Below are positions 11,980-22,811 of a stretch of 64,000 nucleotides of DNA, piece by piece. Position 1 is the stretch's first letter. Each line of letters begins with the position of its first letter. The stretch is from Octopus vulgaris (lineage: Eukaryota): contig OX597816.1 of assembly GCA_951406725.2 (NCBI GenBank), positions 137,454,001-137,518,000 of the forward strand, given 5' to 3'. Position numbers and translations under genes: made by a program. The notes beneath the pieces were generated by a model. That model made no database searches, had not been told where the DNA came from, and saw nothing but the letters and a program-made list of their open reading frames with translations.

Positions 11980-12027
11980 GTCTTACAGCTGTTTGTGGGA
12001 TATTATGGATATCCCTCCATCAGAGAC
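11980..12027 (-). ncRNA. Degenerate minimal hammerhead-like motif
   Basis: GTCT CTGATGG A GGGATA TCCATAA TATCCC A CAAA C AGCT G TA AGAC: stems I and II intact, palindromic loop III, GUA triplet; two core substitutions. Confidence 0.55.
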
Positions 12028-12833
12028 GATGTGAGATTGTTAAATTTAGGTTGTCAATCATTTGCTACTACATATATGGACATGCAAGTGGATACATGTG
12101 TGTGTGTAAATGTGTGTGCATGAATATTTATGTATTTATGTATGTGGGCATATGTAGGAAGCCGAACGTAAACAAATATGGAGGGTTGTTAGATCAGAAG
12201 GAGAGGAAAATAGTGAACGCTGAGAGAAGCATTTTTTAAAGAGAAAAGGGAGAAGAGAGAGAGAGAGAGGTAAACATGTCCGTTCTTTTAAACCTTCGTG
12301 CAGGAAAAGAAAAATGGTCACGTGAAGAAAAGAAAGATGGACGATGGTCACGTGTGAGCAACAAGAGAGAGAGAGAAAGAGGGAGAGACAGACAGATGGA
12401 AAACGGTTGGAGGGAGGAGGTGAAAAAGAGAATTAGAAAAGGAAGGAGGAAGCAAACAGTATAGAGTAGAGAAATGCATCACAAAGGTGAAGATAAACTT
12501 GCTTGGAAATGGATGCGTCGCGTTCAATTAAATAAATAATATTATTTTAGAATTTATTGGAGCGAAAATTATTTTTCTTCTTTTTTTGCCATATGTGAGT
12601 TACAAATATTGTTGTCTGTGGAAACTTATTTTTGTAGTAAAAGGAAATAGTAGTCTTTTGGCTGCTATTTCTAAAATTTTCGGTATGTGGTTTAAGCAAC
12701 TTTTTGCAAAAAGCCCTTATTATTAAAATTATATAAATTTTACCGAATATGGTCCTTTTCCATACCGAAATACTACTAGGTGAAATTTGTTGATTTTATT
12801 TAATTATTAAATATTTCACCCTATATCTGTAAT

Positions 12834-12903
<70 letters not shown>

Positions 12904-13174
12904 GTGTGTATGTATATAACTATCGACGGAAGCAGTATTAATTTTAAAATGTAGTCTTACACTCAGCTTAGAATATCGAATATTGTGTTATTTGGCTTGG
13001 AGGATTCTCTCATATAGGTGCTTGGTTTTTATAAGCACACACACAGATCGTAGCATATGGGAATCGACCGTTATGGACGCCGGAATTCCCATTTTGTGAT
13101 TTCATTTTACAGGAAATCATTAGTAGGAAGCGTCCGGTCAATGCATGCCAGTAAAACCTCGCTGCTACGATATA

Positions 13175-13568
13175 TCTTTATATATAAAAGTAAGGTTGTG
13201 TGTCTGTCTCCTACGATTTAGATTCCTAACTACTCCCACATTTTGCGGTGCAGTTTAACCAAAACCGGGTATCTTATAGTCGTGATTCATATCGAGCCCT
13301 TCTGGGTATTAGCGCGCGTCTACAATGAGTCTACGATTAAAAACAAATTTACCATCATTTTTTCCATTTTAATGCATTTTTTCGCTATTATATAAGGGAA
13401 GTAACTCTCTAAAATGTCTACGATGAGTCAACGATTTAAAAAAAATTTACCATCATTTTTTTTCCATTTTTAATGCATTTTTTTGCTATTTTTTGGCTAT
13501 AACTCTCTAAAAATGCTTATATAGTTATTTACCTTACAAACCCGAGCAACGCCGGGCGATACTGCTAG
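13175..13568 (+). mobile_element. Non-autonomous Helitron
   Basis: 5' TC after A (A|TCTTTATATATAAAAG), subterminal hairpin CCCGAGCAACGCCGGG (13541-13556), 3' CTAG followed by T, no TSD; internal ~97-bp tandem duplication. Confidence 0.88.
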
Positions 13569-14039
13569 TGGAATATAAGCATCTTTTCATACACGCCTCG
13601 TCGCAAATGGCTAGTTGATGTATTAAAAATTAATTATTAGCAATAGAAGCAGTCTTAACACTAAAGAGTTACCTTTACATCTAACTAAACATGCATGCCT
13701 GATCAGAACGCCAAATACTGCGTTATTAACCTCGAGAGATGTTTTCATGTACGCATTTGGTTCATAAAACTACACACAGATCGTATATATAGTCGATCGT
13801 CAGGCGTTGAGTCACGAAGAAACATATCCTCCACAACATATACTGTGCATTCCTTTCTCATTCTTTCGATATTAAACAACGTACGTGAATATAACATACA
13901 TATTTGTGTGCGTGTAAGCATATAAATGCATATACATATACATACATACAAACATACGAAATACAAACACACACACACACATAAGCACACACACAAATAC
14001 ACATACACACAGACACAGACACACACACGCACACGTACA

Positions 14040-14120
<81 letters not shown>

Positions 14121-14131
14121 ATATATATATG

Positions 14132-14886
14132 TAGCCAATTCAAGGAACAATCAATTAAAAAACAGAAAAAAAAGAAAAGAAAAAAGAAAGTGAGGATGTG
14201 CACAAGCAATATATTAATTTGTTGTTAACGTTTCGAGCATTGCTCTTCGTTGGAAAAAGAAAAAATCCAAAGACAAGGAAGTAAAAAATAGGGAAAAATC
14301 GCTAACAATCAACGTGCGGCTACATTTCTGAAGTGACCGGAATTGGAAGGAGGAAGAGAAAGTTGTTTCTGGGACAGGAGAGTTTGAAGATGGTAATTGT
14401 GTGTGCGTGTGTGTGTGTGGTAGTACCTATGTGTCTGTGTTTGTGTGGGTCATATGTGAGTGTGTGTTAGGATCTGTGAGCGTGTGTGTATATCTCGCAC
14501 ATAAATCCCACGACACACAGGCGACTCACACAAATGCGAACACATACACACAGTTACTACCACACACACACACACACATGCGCTATCACACACACGCACA
14601 TGCTACCACACACACAGAGATATAGTGACCATCTTCACACTCACCTGTCCTAGAAACATCTTTCTCTTCCTCCTTCCATTTGCGGTCACTTGAAAAACGT
14701 AACCGCACGTGATTGCTGGCGATTTTTCCTTATTTTTCCTTCTTTGTCTTTGGAGTTTTCTCTTTCCGACGAAGAGCTATGCTCGAAACCTTAACAACTG
14801 TCTCCTTTCACTGAGCATCAAATTAATGCGTTACTTGTGCACGTCTTCTTTCTCTGTTTTTTAATTTGGTTTTTTGAATTGATTAT
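14132..14886. repeat. Large imperfect inverted repeat of a Penelope-like terminal repeat
   Basis: Arms 14132-14398 and 14622-14886 are diverged reverse complements; each carries GAAGAGC-loop-GCTCGAAAC; spacer is GT-rich then CA-rich. Confidence 0.85.
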
Positions 14887-14929
14887 TTACTGTATGGTTA
14901 CACAGACCGGCCCCGACCTGCCAACTGTT

Positions 14930-15018
14930 TTGGAGTACCTGACTCATGGATTTCTCTCTACCGTTGGATTAAATCACCTATTTATTCATTTGGAGTACGT
15001 CATTTCTGCACATTTGAT

Positions 15019-15056
<38 letters not shown>

Positions 15057-15065
15057 TAGATATAG

Positions 15066-15096
<31 letters not shown>

Positions 15097-15148
15097 ATAG
15101 GTTATGTAATTCAATGGTAGAGAGAAATCCATGAATCGGGTACTCCAA
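14930..15148. repeat. ~53-bp inverted repeat flanking (TA)n
   Basis: TTGGAGTACCTGACTCATGGATTTCTCTCTACC... (14930-14982) versus its reverse complement at 15096-15148. Confidence 0.85.
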
Positions 15149-15202
15149 TATATACATATATATATACATATATATATGTGTGTGTGTGTGAGTGTGTATA
15201 AC

Positions 15203-15510
15203 TGCCATTCTGTCGGTTACGACGACAAGGGTTCCAGTTGATGCGATCAACGAAATAATCTGCTCGTGAAATTAATATGCAAGTGGCTGAGCACTCCATA
15301 TATACACGTACCCTTAACGTAGTTCTCAGAAAGATTCAACATGACACAGAATGTTATATGGCTGGTCCTTTAAAATACAGATACTATTCCTGTGTGTCAG
15401 CTGAGTGGACTGGAGCAACGTGAAATAAAGTGTCTTGCTCAAGGAAACAATGCGTCGCCGGGAATCGAACCCACGATCGTGAGTCGAATATCCTAACTGC
15501 TACGCCACGC
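15203..15510 (-). mobile_element. SINE with family C tail and a different head
   Basis: 15203-15380 matches 7275-7455; head has B box GGGTTCGATTCCC followed by CCTTGAGCAAGACAC. Confidence 0.8.
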
Positions 15511-15554
15511 ATCTTCATCATCCATATGTGTTTGTGTGCAAGTGTGTGTGTGTA

Positions 15555-15598
<44 letters not shown>

Positions 15599-16338
15599 AG
15601 TGTGTGTGTGTGTGTGTTATCAGTAGATCTTCCTACTTCTGTGTTCGTTTCCATTTCAAATTGTCTTTTGTTTTTCTCATTTACATGTCTATTACCCAAC
15701 TACTTATCTTAAGCCCTACTCTCTACACTCTTTCTCTCTCTCTCTCTCTCTCTGCCCCTCTCTTTACAAGCACACAAATCTGTGTACATACACGCACACG
15801 CACATATATGTATGTGTATATATATATATACGTGTGTGTGTGTGTGTACATACACACACACATACACACGCGCATATATATATATATGTTCGTGTGTATG
15901 TATTTTTGTCTTTTTGGTACTGTCAATTCCTTTTCGTTGTCTCTTTTACAGTTGTCTCTAAATAACACTAATTAACTTTCCATTCTAACAGAATATTCTT
16001 CTAGTCTGTGGTACAAACCTTCTTCCAATCACCTCAGTAATTCCACGCCATCATCTTTTGTTCTTGCCAAATTTTTACTTGCTCACTCTCAGCTGAAACT
16101 GGAATTTTTATTTTCCCATTTCGGAATCCTCTGGGATTGTCCTGACATCTCTGAAGTGGACGTGTGAACAAAGAATGCAATAAAGGTAGAAAATTACCAT
16201 TGCACTCCCTACATTTCCCTTTTCCTAGCATGTTTCAGAGTTTTACAGGAAACAACCTGGCGAAAATTAGAAATCAAACTGTCAAACCAAAACAATAATA
16301 TACCGAACAAACCAAACCAAAGTTATATACTGAGCAAA

Positions 16339-16545
16339 AGCGGCAAACTGGCAGAATCCTTAGCGTGCTGATCGAAATACTTAGCGACACTTCTTCAGAC
16401 TTACTTTCTGAGTTCAATTTCAGCCGAGATCGACTTGGCTTTTTATCCTTTCTTGGTTGATAAAATAAGTACCAGTCGAATACCTGGGGTCTATGTAATC
16501 GACTTGACACCCTCTTCTCAAAATCGCAGGCTTTGTGTTTATAGC
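16339..16545 (+). mobile_element. SINE family B
   Basis: Degenerate head and core; TSD-like AGCAAAAGC on both sides. Confidence 0.75.
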
Positions 16546-16556
16546 AAAAGCCTACG

Positions 16557-16596
<40 letters not shown>

Positions 16597-16605
<9 letters not shown>

Positions 16606-16735
16606 TCTTAGTCATAAGTCGGCAAATGAAAGCAAACATATACCGGAAAGCGGGTTTCCTTTCCATTGTAGCTTACTTATCAAAGATTGATCTGTGACTG
16701 AACAGCACAAACAGTGGTTGGTTGTTTAAAGTTTC
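16597..16735. repeat. Local duplicated segment (copy 2)
   Basis: Matches 10700-10848. Confidence 0.85.
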
Positions 16736-16867
16736 CTGGGTTGGAAAATTATAAACTAAGCAAGCATGAATGAGAATAAACCAGAATATTGCAAACTTAG
16801 AGAAAAGTGTTCGATCCCGGAAGAAAAAGAAAATTGAAAAACAATGAGAATATTAGTCATTTTTTTA

Positions 16868-17137
16868 TCTTTTACTTGTTTCAGTTTTTGTGCTGTGGCC
16901 ATGCTGGGTCATCGCCTAGAATGGGTTTAGCCGAACAAATCGACCCTAGTATTTTTTAAGTATGGTGCTTCTTCTATCGGTCTTTTTTGTCGAAACACTA
17001 TATTACAAAAACGTAAACAAACCAACATCGGTTGTGAGGCGACGGGGAGGTCATACACAAATACAAAATGCACCCCCCACACCCCCACACACATATCCAC
17101 ACACACACCCATACACGCACCGACATATAAGCATGCA

Positions 17138-17168
<31 letters not shown>

Positions 17169-17450
17169 ATGTATATATCTATCTATATCAATCAATCAAT
17201 CTATCTATCTATCTATCTATCTACATATACAAACACTTCTATACACATCTATATACATACATATACCCACTGACAAATATACATGCATATTTATATGTAT
17301 GTGTATACACACATAGACACGCACGCACACACACACACATATACACATACACACACACATATATACACAATATATGATATATGATATATGATATGATATA
17401 TATATATATATAAATATATATATTTGTATCTCTCTCTCTCTCTCTCTCTC

Positions 17451-17509
<59 letters not shown>

Positions 17510-17660
17510 TTCGGAATGGTCATTTTTGCCAGTTTAGCCAATAAAAACACACGCACTATATATTTATTGGCTAAACTGGCAAAATGACCATTCCGAAATA
17601 TAGCAATATCTGTTTCAACACACGACTTCACATAAAAAATCTTGCAAAACAAATATATAA

Positions 17661-17722
<62 letters not shown>

Positions 17723-17848
17723 CGGACCTCCGTCCAGCAAATTCACTCATTCCGTATTGGTCGGCCTGAGGCAGTAGTAGAAGGCAGTTGTCCAAGGTGC
17801 TGCGCAGTGCGACAGAACCCAGCGAGCTTTTTAACTAAACAGCCATAT
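16868..17848 (-). mobile_element. SINE family A stretched by microsatellites (halves 16868-17050, 17720-17848)
   Basis: Both halves match the consensus; ~670 bp of simple repeats and a hairpin lie between. Confidence 0.7.
17505..17602. repeat. Near-perfect 40-bp hairpin
   Basis: TATATTTCGGAATGGTCATTTTTGCCAGTTTAGCCAATAAA / reverse complement at 17563-17602 (one indel), 17-nt loop. Confidence 0.95.
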
Positions 17849-17937
17849 TAATTAAAAAATATACCACCCATCTTTATGTATTGGAGTTGGTGCTGGACGG
17901 TAAGCCATATCTAACGATTCAATCTGCTCGCTGCTTT

Positions 17938-18092
<155 letters not shown>

Positions 18093-18604
18093 TTAATAAT
18101 AACAGAAATGATTTTTAAAATGAGAATATCTGAAATAAGCCCCACTGCTCTCACAAACGAGAATACTAAAAATGAACCTGACCGCTCTCAAAAATTAAGC
18201 AAAAACCTGGAAAATTAATCCAGAACCCTTATCCAGGACCTGATCGATCCCAATGGTAGTCATGGAAAGTGTAGGTAGCTATAGAAAATTTAGTAACAGA
18301 AATAAATAGTTTACCTTATCTGATACAAGCCAAAGTTAATAAATTCACCATTCAAAAGTGTTTCAAAGGTAGAGGTAATAATAATAAGTTTTACTCAAGA
18401 ATTTTTAAATGAATAACATGAGACCTTTTGGTTTTCTCTTCTCTTAAATTCCAGCCTTCCTTTAGTATTCTTGTTGCTTTAGATCGCTGTATATATGTAT
18501 ATATATATAATATATGTTAGTATACTATAAAGTGTTAATATCTATATTCAGTGTTATTTAATTTCTGAACGGTTTTGCTGCCGTTTGTTTATGTACTTTG
18601 ATTT

Positions 18605-18940
18605 CTTTATCCACCAGTTTCTGCTAAGATAGAGACGCAAGTAAAATTGATAATAGAGAAAAGAAAATAAAACTTTGGAAACAGCCAAAGGAAGATAATT
18701 GAGAAAGACTTGAAAGTCAGCGTAAGGTCGTAATCATCTAAAGTAAAGTATATATAACAAATAATCCAGAATGCTTGTTCGGTACCGGATCGATTCCAAA
18801 ATCTAATCAGTTCGTGCCAATCATGAGGCCAAACCTCGTTGAAAGTTTCATACAAATTTATCTAGTGGTTCTTGAGATATCTTGTCCACGGACAACACGA
18901 TTGAAAACAATACCCTCACCTTCGTTAAGGCGGAGATAAT
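18605..18940 (-). mobile_element. Putative non-autonomous Helentron/DINE-like element
   Basis: Minus strand starts TTATCTCCGCCTTAACGAAGGTGAGGGTATTGTTTTC...GATATCTCAAGAACCACT...ATGAAACTTT, an architecture typical of such elements; related fragment near 18215-18255. Confidence 0.45.
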
Positions 18941-18944
18941 AATA

Positions 18945-19029
<85 letters not shown>

Positions 19030-19105
19030 TGATGATGATAATAATAACAACAACAACAACAACAATAATAATAATAATAACAACAACAACAACAACAATA
19101 ACAAC

Positions 19106-19141
<36 letters not shown>

Positions 19142-19142
<1 letters not shown>

Positions 19143-19397
19143 GAGGAGCTTCATGGCCATGTGTTGAAAGGTTACTGAGGCGATATATGCATTCGCTACT
19201 TCCACCTGGTCTTTCAGAGATAGCTTCCTTTCTGCCCTTTTCTGAATGAGCTTGGCTACCCTAGTCATGATCTCTTCCCAGTTCCTATCTTCCTGGGGGA
19301 TCTGGTCCGAAACAAACTCCGAGCACTTTCACCGGACCTTCCGTGCAGCGACAGAAGTCGCTGCTAGTCGACTTGCCTCTCCAAGAGCCTAGTTGCA
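19142..19397 (-). mobile_element. Old Tx1/L1-clade LINE fragment
   Basis: EGPVKVLGVCFGPD...NWEEIMTRVAKLIQKRAERKLSLKDQVEVANAYIAS aligns with the ORF at 62535-63947. Confidence 0.88.
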
Positions 19398-19485
19398 CAC
19401 ACGCGCGCAAACATACCACTCTTTTGCACACACATACACTCATACTTCAAACTGCCAGGAGTGAAGCAAAAAAAAAAAAGAAAAG

Positions 19486-19655
19486 AAAAGAAGAGTGCCA
19501 TTGTTATCAAGTGAACGATATTTCGGCATCTAGTAACTGAATCCTATAAAATATTACCAAAAATGAAGTATATTGACAAGTTTATTTTTCAACCTCTTGA
19601 AGGCACACTAAATGCCGAAATAACGTTTACTTGATAACAATGGCACTCTTCTTTT
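19486..19655. mobile_element. MITE-like element with 49-bp TIRs
   Basis: 19486-19534 and 19607-19655 are reverse complements with 3 mismatches. Confidence 0.7.
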
Positions 19656-19687
19656 TTAGCTTATTATTATTATTATCATCATCATCA

Positions 19688-19729
<42 letters not shown>

Positions 19730-19730
<1 letters not shown>

Positions 19731-19855
19731 TTTTTTTTTTTTCTTCTTTCAAATTTTCTTCCATTTCTTGCCGAGTGTCTTCCCGACTCCTAGGGCAAAG
19801 AAACTCATAGTGTATATTGGTAGGCCATTAAACCAAACTCAGTAGTTCGTTCATA
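19730..19855 (-). mobile_element. Inverted copy of the R4/Dong element 3' end
   Basis: Reverse complement of 21248-21370 with few mismatches, with its own (TAA)n tail on minus (19661-19729). Confidence 0.92.
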
Positions 19856-19877
19856 TTTTTTTTTATTATTATTATTA

Positions 19878-19940
<63 letters not shown>

Positions 19941-19942
<2 letters not shown>

Positions 19943-21368
19943 ATTATTAATAACTGAACTAAATGCACGTAACAAGGTGTTAGCTATAAATTCCTTAGCA
20001 GTTCCAGTTGTTACTTATAGCTACAATGTGTTGAACTGGAATATGAGTGAAGTAAAGAATATAGATAGGAAAATACGCAAGCTGCTGAGTTGTAATAGGA
20101 TGCACCACCCAAAGGCAGACGTAGATCGCCTTTACCTTCCCAGAGCCCAAGGAGGTCGAGGCCTGATCCAATTTGAACTAGCTTACAAAACAACCACAAT
20201 TGGACTGGCCAAATATCTCGAAATATCGAATGACTGGATGCTAAAGCTCGTGGAAAATCACGAGAGACGAAAGAAGCTTCATTCTATCATAAAGGAAAGC
20301 AAAAAATTTGCTATTGATCTCGTGCAGGATACCCAAACAGAACAACCCGAGGGAAGTACGGCAATTATTGTTGCAAAGAAAGTGAAAATAATGGCAACGA
20401 AAAAAGCGCACGAGCAATTGGTTGATAGGTGGGAGGAGAAACCTCTGCACGGCAAATATGTGACCCGCAGCAAACAAGCTGATGTTGACCAGAAGCAAAC
20501 CCATCAGTGGCTACGGAGCTCAGGGCTAAAAGCAGAGAGCGAAGGTTTCATCCTGGCTGCTCAAGATCAAAGCCTATTAACCCGGAACTACCAGGCCAAT
20601 GTGATGAAAAATGGAGCAGACCCAAAATGCCGATTCTGCAACGACTTGATTGAAACAGTGGACCACCTAATCTCTGGATGTAAAGTCTTAGCTCCAGTGG
20701 AGTATAAATTAAGACATGACAGAGTTGGCCAATATCTCCACTGGCTAATAAGTCGGCATTACAATATCAAAACTGCCGACAAGTGGTATAATCACCACCC
20801 TGAGGCTGTAACTGAAGGAGAAAATGTAACCATTCTGTGGGACTTTCCAGTACATACAGACCGAACCATCAAGGCCAATAAACCAGACATTGTTGTGAAA
20901 GACCAAAACAATAAAGTTTGCTTATTGATCGACATGAGCATCCCCTGTGATCATAATATCTCAGCGAAAGAGTTTGACAAGCTCAGAAAATATAAAGACC
21001 TACTCATTGAAATTGAGAAAATGTGGCATCTCAAGGCGGTTATAATACCTGTGATCGTAGGAGCACTAGGAATGATCAAGAAGGGAACCGAAAATTATAT
21101 GAGAATGATCCCTGGCTTACCATCCCTGCAAGAAGTGCAAAAGATTGTCTTAACTGGTACATCACACGTATTGAGAAGAGCATTGTCGATGTGAGAACTG
21201 TTGCTGCTCATGTATTTTAATTTAACTTAAAAAAAAAAAAAAAAAAAATGAACGAACTATTGAGTTTGGTTTAATGGCCTACCAATGTATACTATGAGTT
21301 TCTTTGCCCTAGGAGTCGGGAAGACACTCGGCAAGAAATGGAAGCAAATTTGAAAGAAGAAAAAAAAA

Positions 21369-21400
<32 letters not shown>
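19941..21400 (+). mobile_element. 5'-truncated R4/Dong-clade non-LTR retrotransposon
   Basis: Uninterrupted ORF to 21194, 3' UTR, (TAA)n tail. Confidence 0.92.
19977..21194 (+). CDS. R4/Dong ORF C-terminal part: post-RT region, CCHC zinc knuckle, restriction-like endonuclease (5'-truncated)
   Basis: RLYLPRAQGGRGL, CRFCNDLIETVDHLISGC, RHDRV, KPDIVV..IDMSIP..KYKDL; frame open upstream (TELNARNKV). Confidence 0.9.
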   Translation: MLAINSLAVPVVTYSYNVLNWNMSEVKNIDRKIRKLLSCNRMHHPKADVDRLYLPRAQGGRGLIQFELAYKTTTIGLAKYLEISNDWMLKLVENHERRKKLHSIIKESKKFAIDLVQDTQTEQPEGSTAIIVAKKVKIMATKKAHEQLVDRWEEKPLHGKYVTRSKQADVDQKQTHQWLRSSGLKAESEGFILAAQDQSLLTRNYQANVMKNGADPKCRFCNDLIETVDHLISGCKVLAPVEYKLRHDRVGQYLHWLISRHYNIKTADKWYNHHPEAVTEGENVTILWDFPVHTDRTIKANKPDIVVKDQNNKVCLLIDMSIPCDHNISAKEFDKLRKYKDLLIEIEKMWHLKAVIIPVIVGALGMIKKGTENYMRMIPGLPSLQEVQKIVLTGTSHVLRRALSM

Positions 21401-21401
<1 letters not shown>

Positions 21402-21870
21402 GGCTACAGCAAATATTCTGCTCAATACCACAGATTTGCTTGTCAGTTGCTTGACCTTAACCAGTTGAGCATGTCCCTCGGTGGCTGACGATATGTGCAT
21501 CTCTGATCACGAGCAGAAGTAGTGGGGAGCATCATAGCCATGTGTTGAGAGGGATTCTTTGGGGTTTGAATAATTCACCTCTGGAAACATGGGTGTTTCA
21601 TTCAACATCCTTAAACAGTCCTCAATCGGGGAACTTTTGAGTGGGATGGGTTACCCAACCAGAAGAAAATTCTAACTGGGCCCCACCCGCAAGGTCATGC
21701 ACTATTTATCTTGTTATGAGATCACCATGTCGCGCACATATGGTTGTGATGCATGTGTCTGGTGTACCCTTATCAGACGGGTAGTCATGATGGGTATACT
21801 GGGCTTCGTATATTTACCCCAGTGTCACTTTGATGGCATGCACTGCTCTCTCACTCGATAATAATAATAG
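21399..21870 (+). mobile_element. Non-coding (TAA)n-tailed retro-repeat, family D copy 1
   Basis: Homologous to 21876-22410 and 25205-25715; ends GCACTGCTCTCTCACTC + (TAA)n; variable 5' ends. Confidence 0.8.
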
Positions 21871-21875
21871 TAATA

Positions 21876-22410
21876 TGCCCTGATGCAATACCAGGAAATG
21901 GATCTCATGCATTGTGATCTTAACTGATTGGAAGTGTTATCATGTACATTGTTTGTCTTGGTATAAAAGATAGGCTGCAGTAAATATTCTGCTCAATACC
22001 ACATATTTGCTTGTCAGTTATTTCCCCTTAACTAGTTGAGCTTGTCCCTTAGTGGCTGACGATATGTGCATCTCTGATCACGAGCAGAAGTAGTGGGAGA
22101 GCATCATAGCCATGTATTGAGAGGAATTTTGGAGGTTTGGATAATTCACTCCTGGAAATATGGGTGTTTCGTTCATCATCCTTAAACAAACCTTATTCAG
22201 GGACCTTTTGAGCGGGATGGGCTATTCGGCCTAACGAAAATTCTGAGTCCCCACCTGTAAGGTCATGCGCTGTTTACCTTGATATGAGATCACCATGTGC
22301 ATGGTGTACCCTTATCAGACGTGTAATTATGATGGGTATATTGGTCTTCATATAATTGTACCCCAGTGTCACTTAGATAGCATGCGCTGCTCTCTGACTG
22401 AATAATAATA
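21876..22410 (+). mobile_element. Family D copy 2
   Basis: Direct homologue of the preceding copy with a longer 5' end. Confidence 0.8.
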
Positions 22411-22443
22411 AAAATAATAATAATGTTGATGATGATGATGATG

Positions 22444-22507
<64 letters not shown>

Positions 22508-22521
22508 TAATAATAATAATA

Positions 22522-22657
22522 ATCCTTTCTACTAAAGCCACAAGGCCTGGAATTTGGGGGGAGGGGGATAGAATTTGCACTCAGAGTATAAACACGGACG
22601 AAATGCCGTTAAAAATTTTGTCCGGCAAGCTAACGATTCTGTCAGCTCGCAGCCTTC
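22522..22657 (-). mobile_element. SINE family B, internally deleted
   Basis: Head and CCTTGTGGCTTTAGTAGAAAGGATT tail present, core missing. Confidence 0.65.
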
Positions 22658-22669
22658 GAATAATAATAA

Positions 22670-22808
22670 TGGAAACCAGGTATAGTGTTAATTGAGAAAG
22701 AAAGAAAACGATGCTGGTTCATAGATCTAGCATGCCCAGCTAACAAGAAGGTATCCGATAAGGAAGAAAGAAAAGTCGAGAGATATGACAGGTTAGCTTG
22801 GGAGGCTA
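22670..22808 (+). mobile_element. R4-type endonuclease fragment
   Basis: KPGIVLIEKERKRCWFIDLACPANKKVSDKEERKVERYDRLAWE is a degenerate KPD..ID..K..KY RLE motif; follows (TAA)n. Confidence 0.75.
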
Positions 22809-22811
22809 ACC

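Noticed and set aside
18858-19178. Poly-I/L/Y/N ORFs (also 17852-18154, 40084-40358, 41387-41668)
   Set aside because: (TAA)n/(CAA)n trinucleotide repeats; only the Tx1-derived part of 18858-19268 is of coding origin.
19977-21194. 405-aa nuclease ORF between inverted repeats read as a DNA transposon or RNA-guided nuclease
   Set aside because: Motifs are those of an R4/Dong retrotransposon C-terminus and the inverted repeat is its own 3' UTR; no RuvC/TnpB or DDE motifs.
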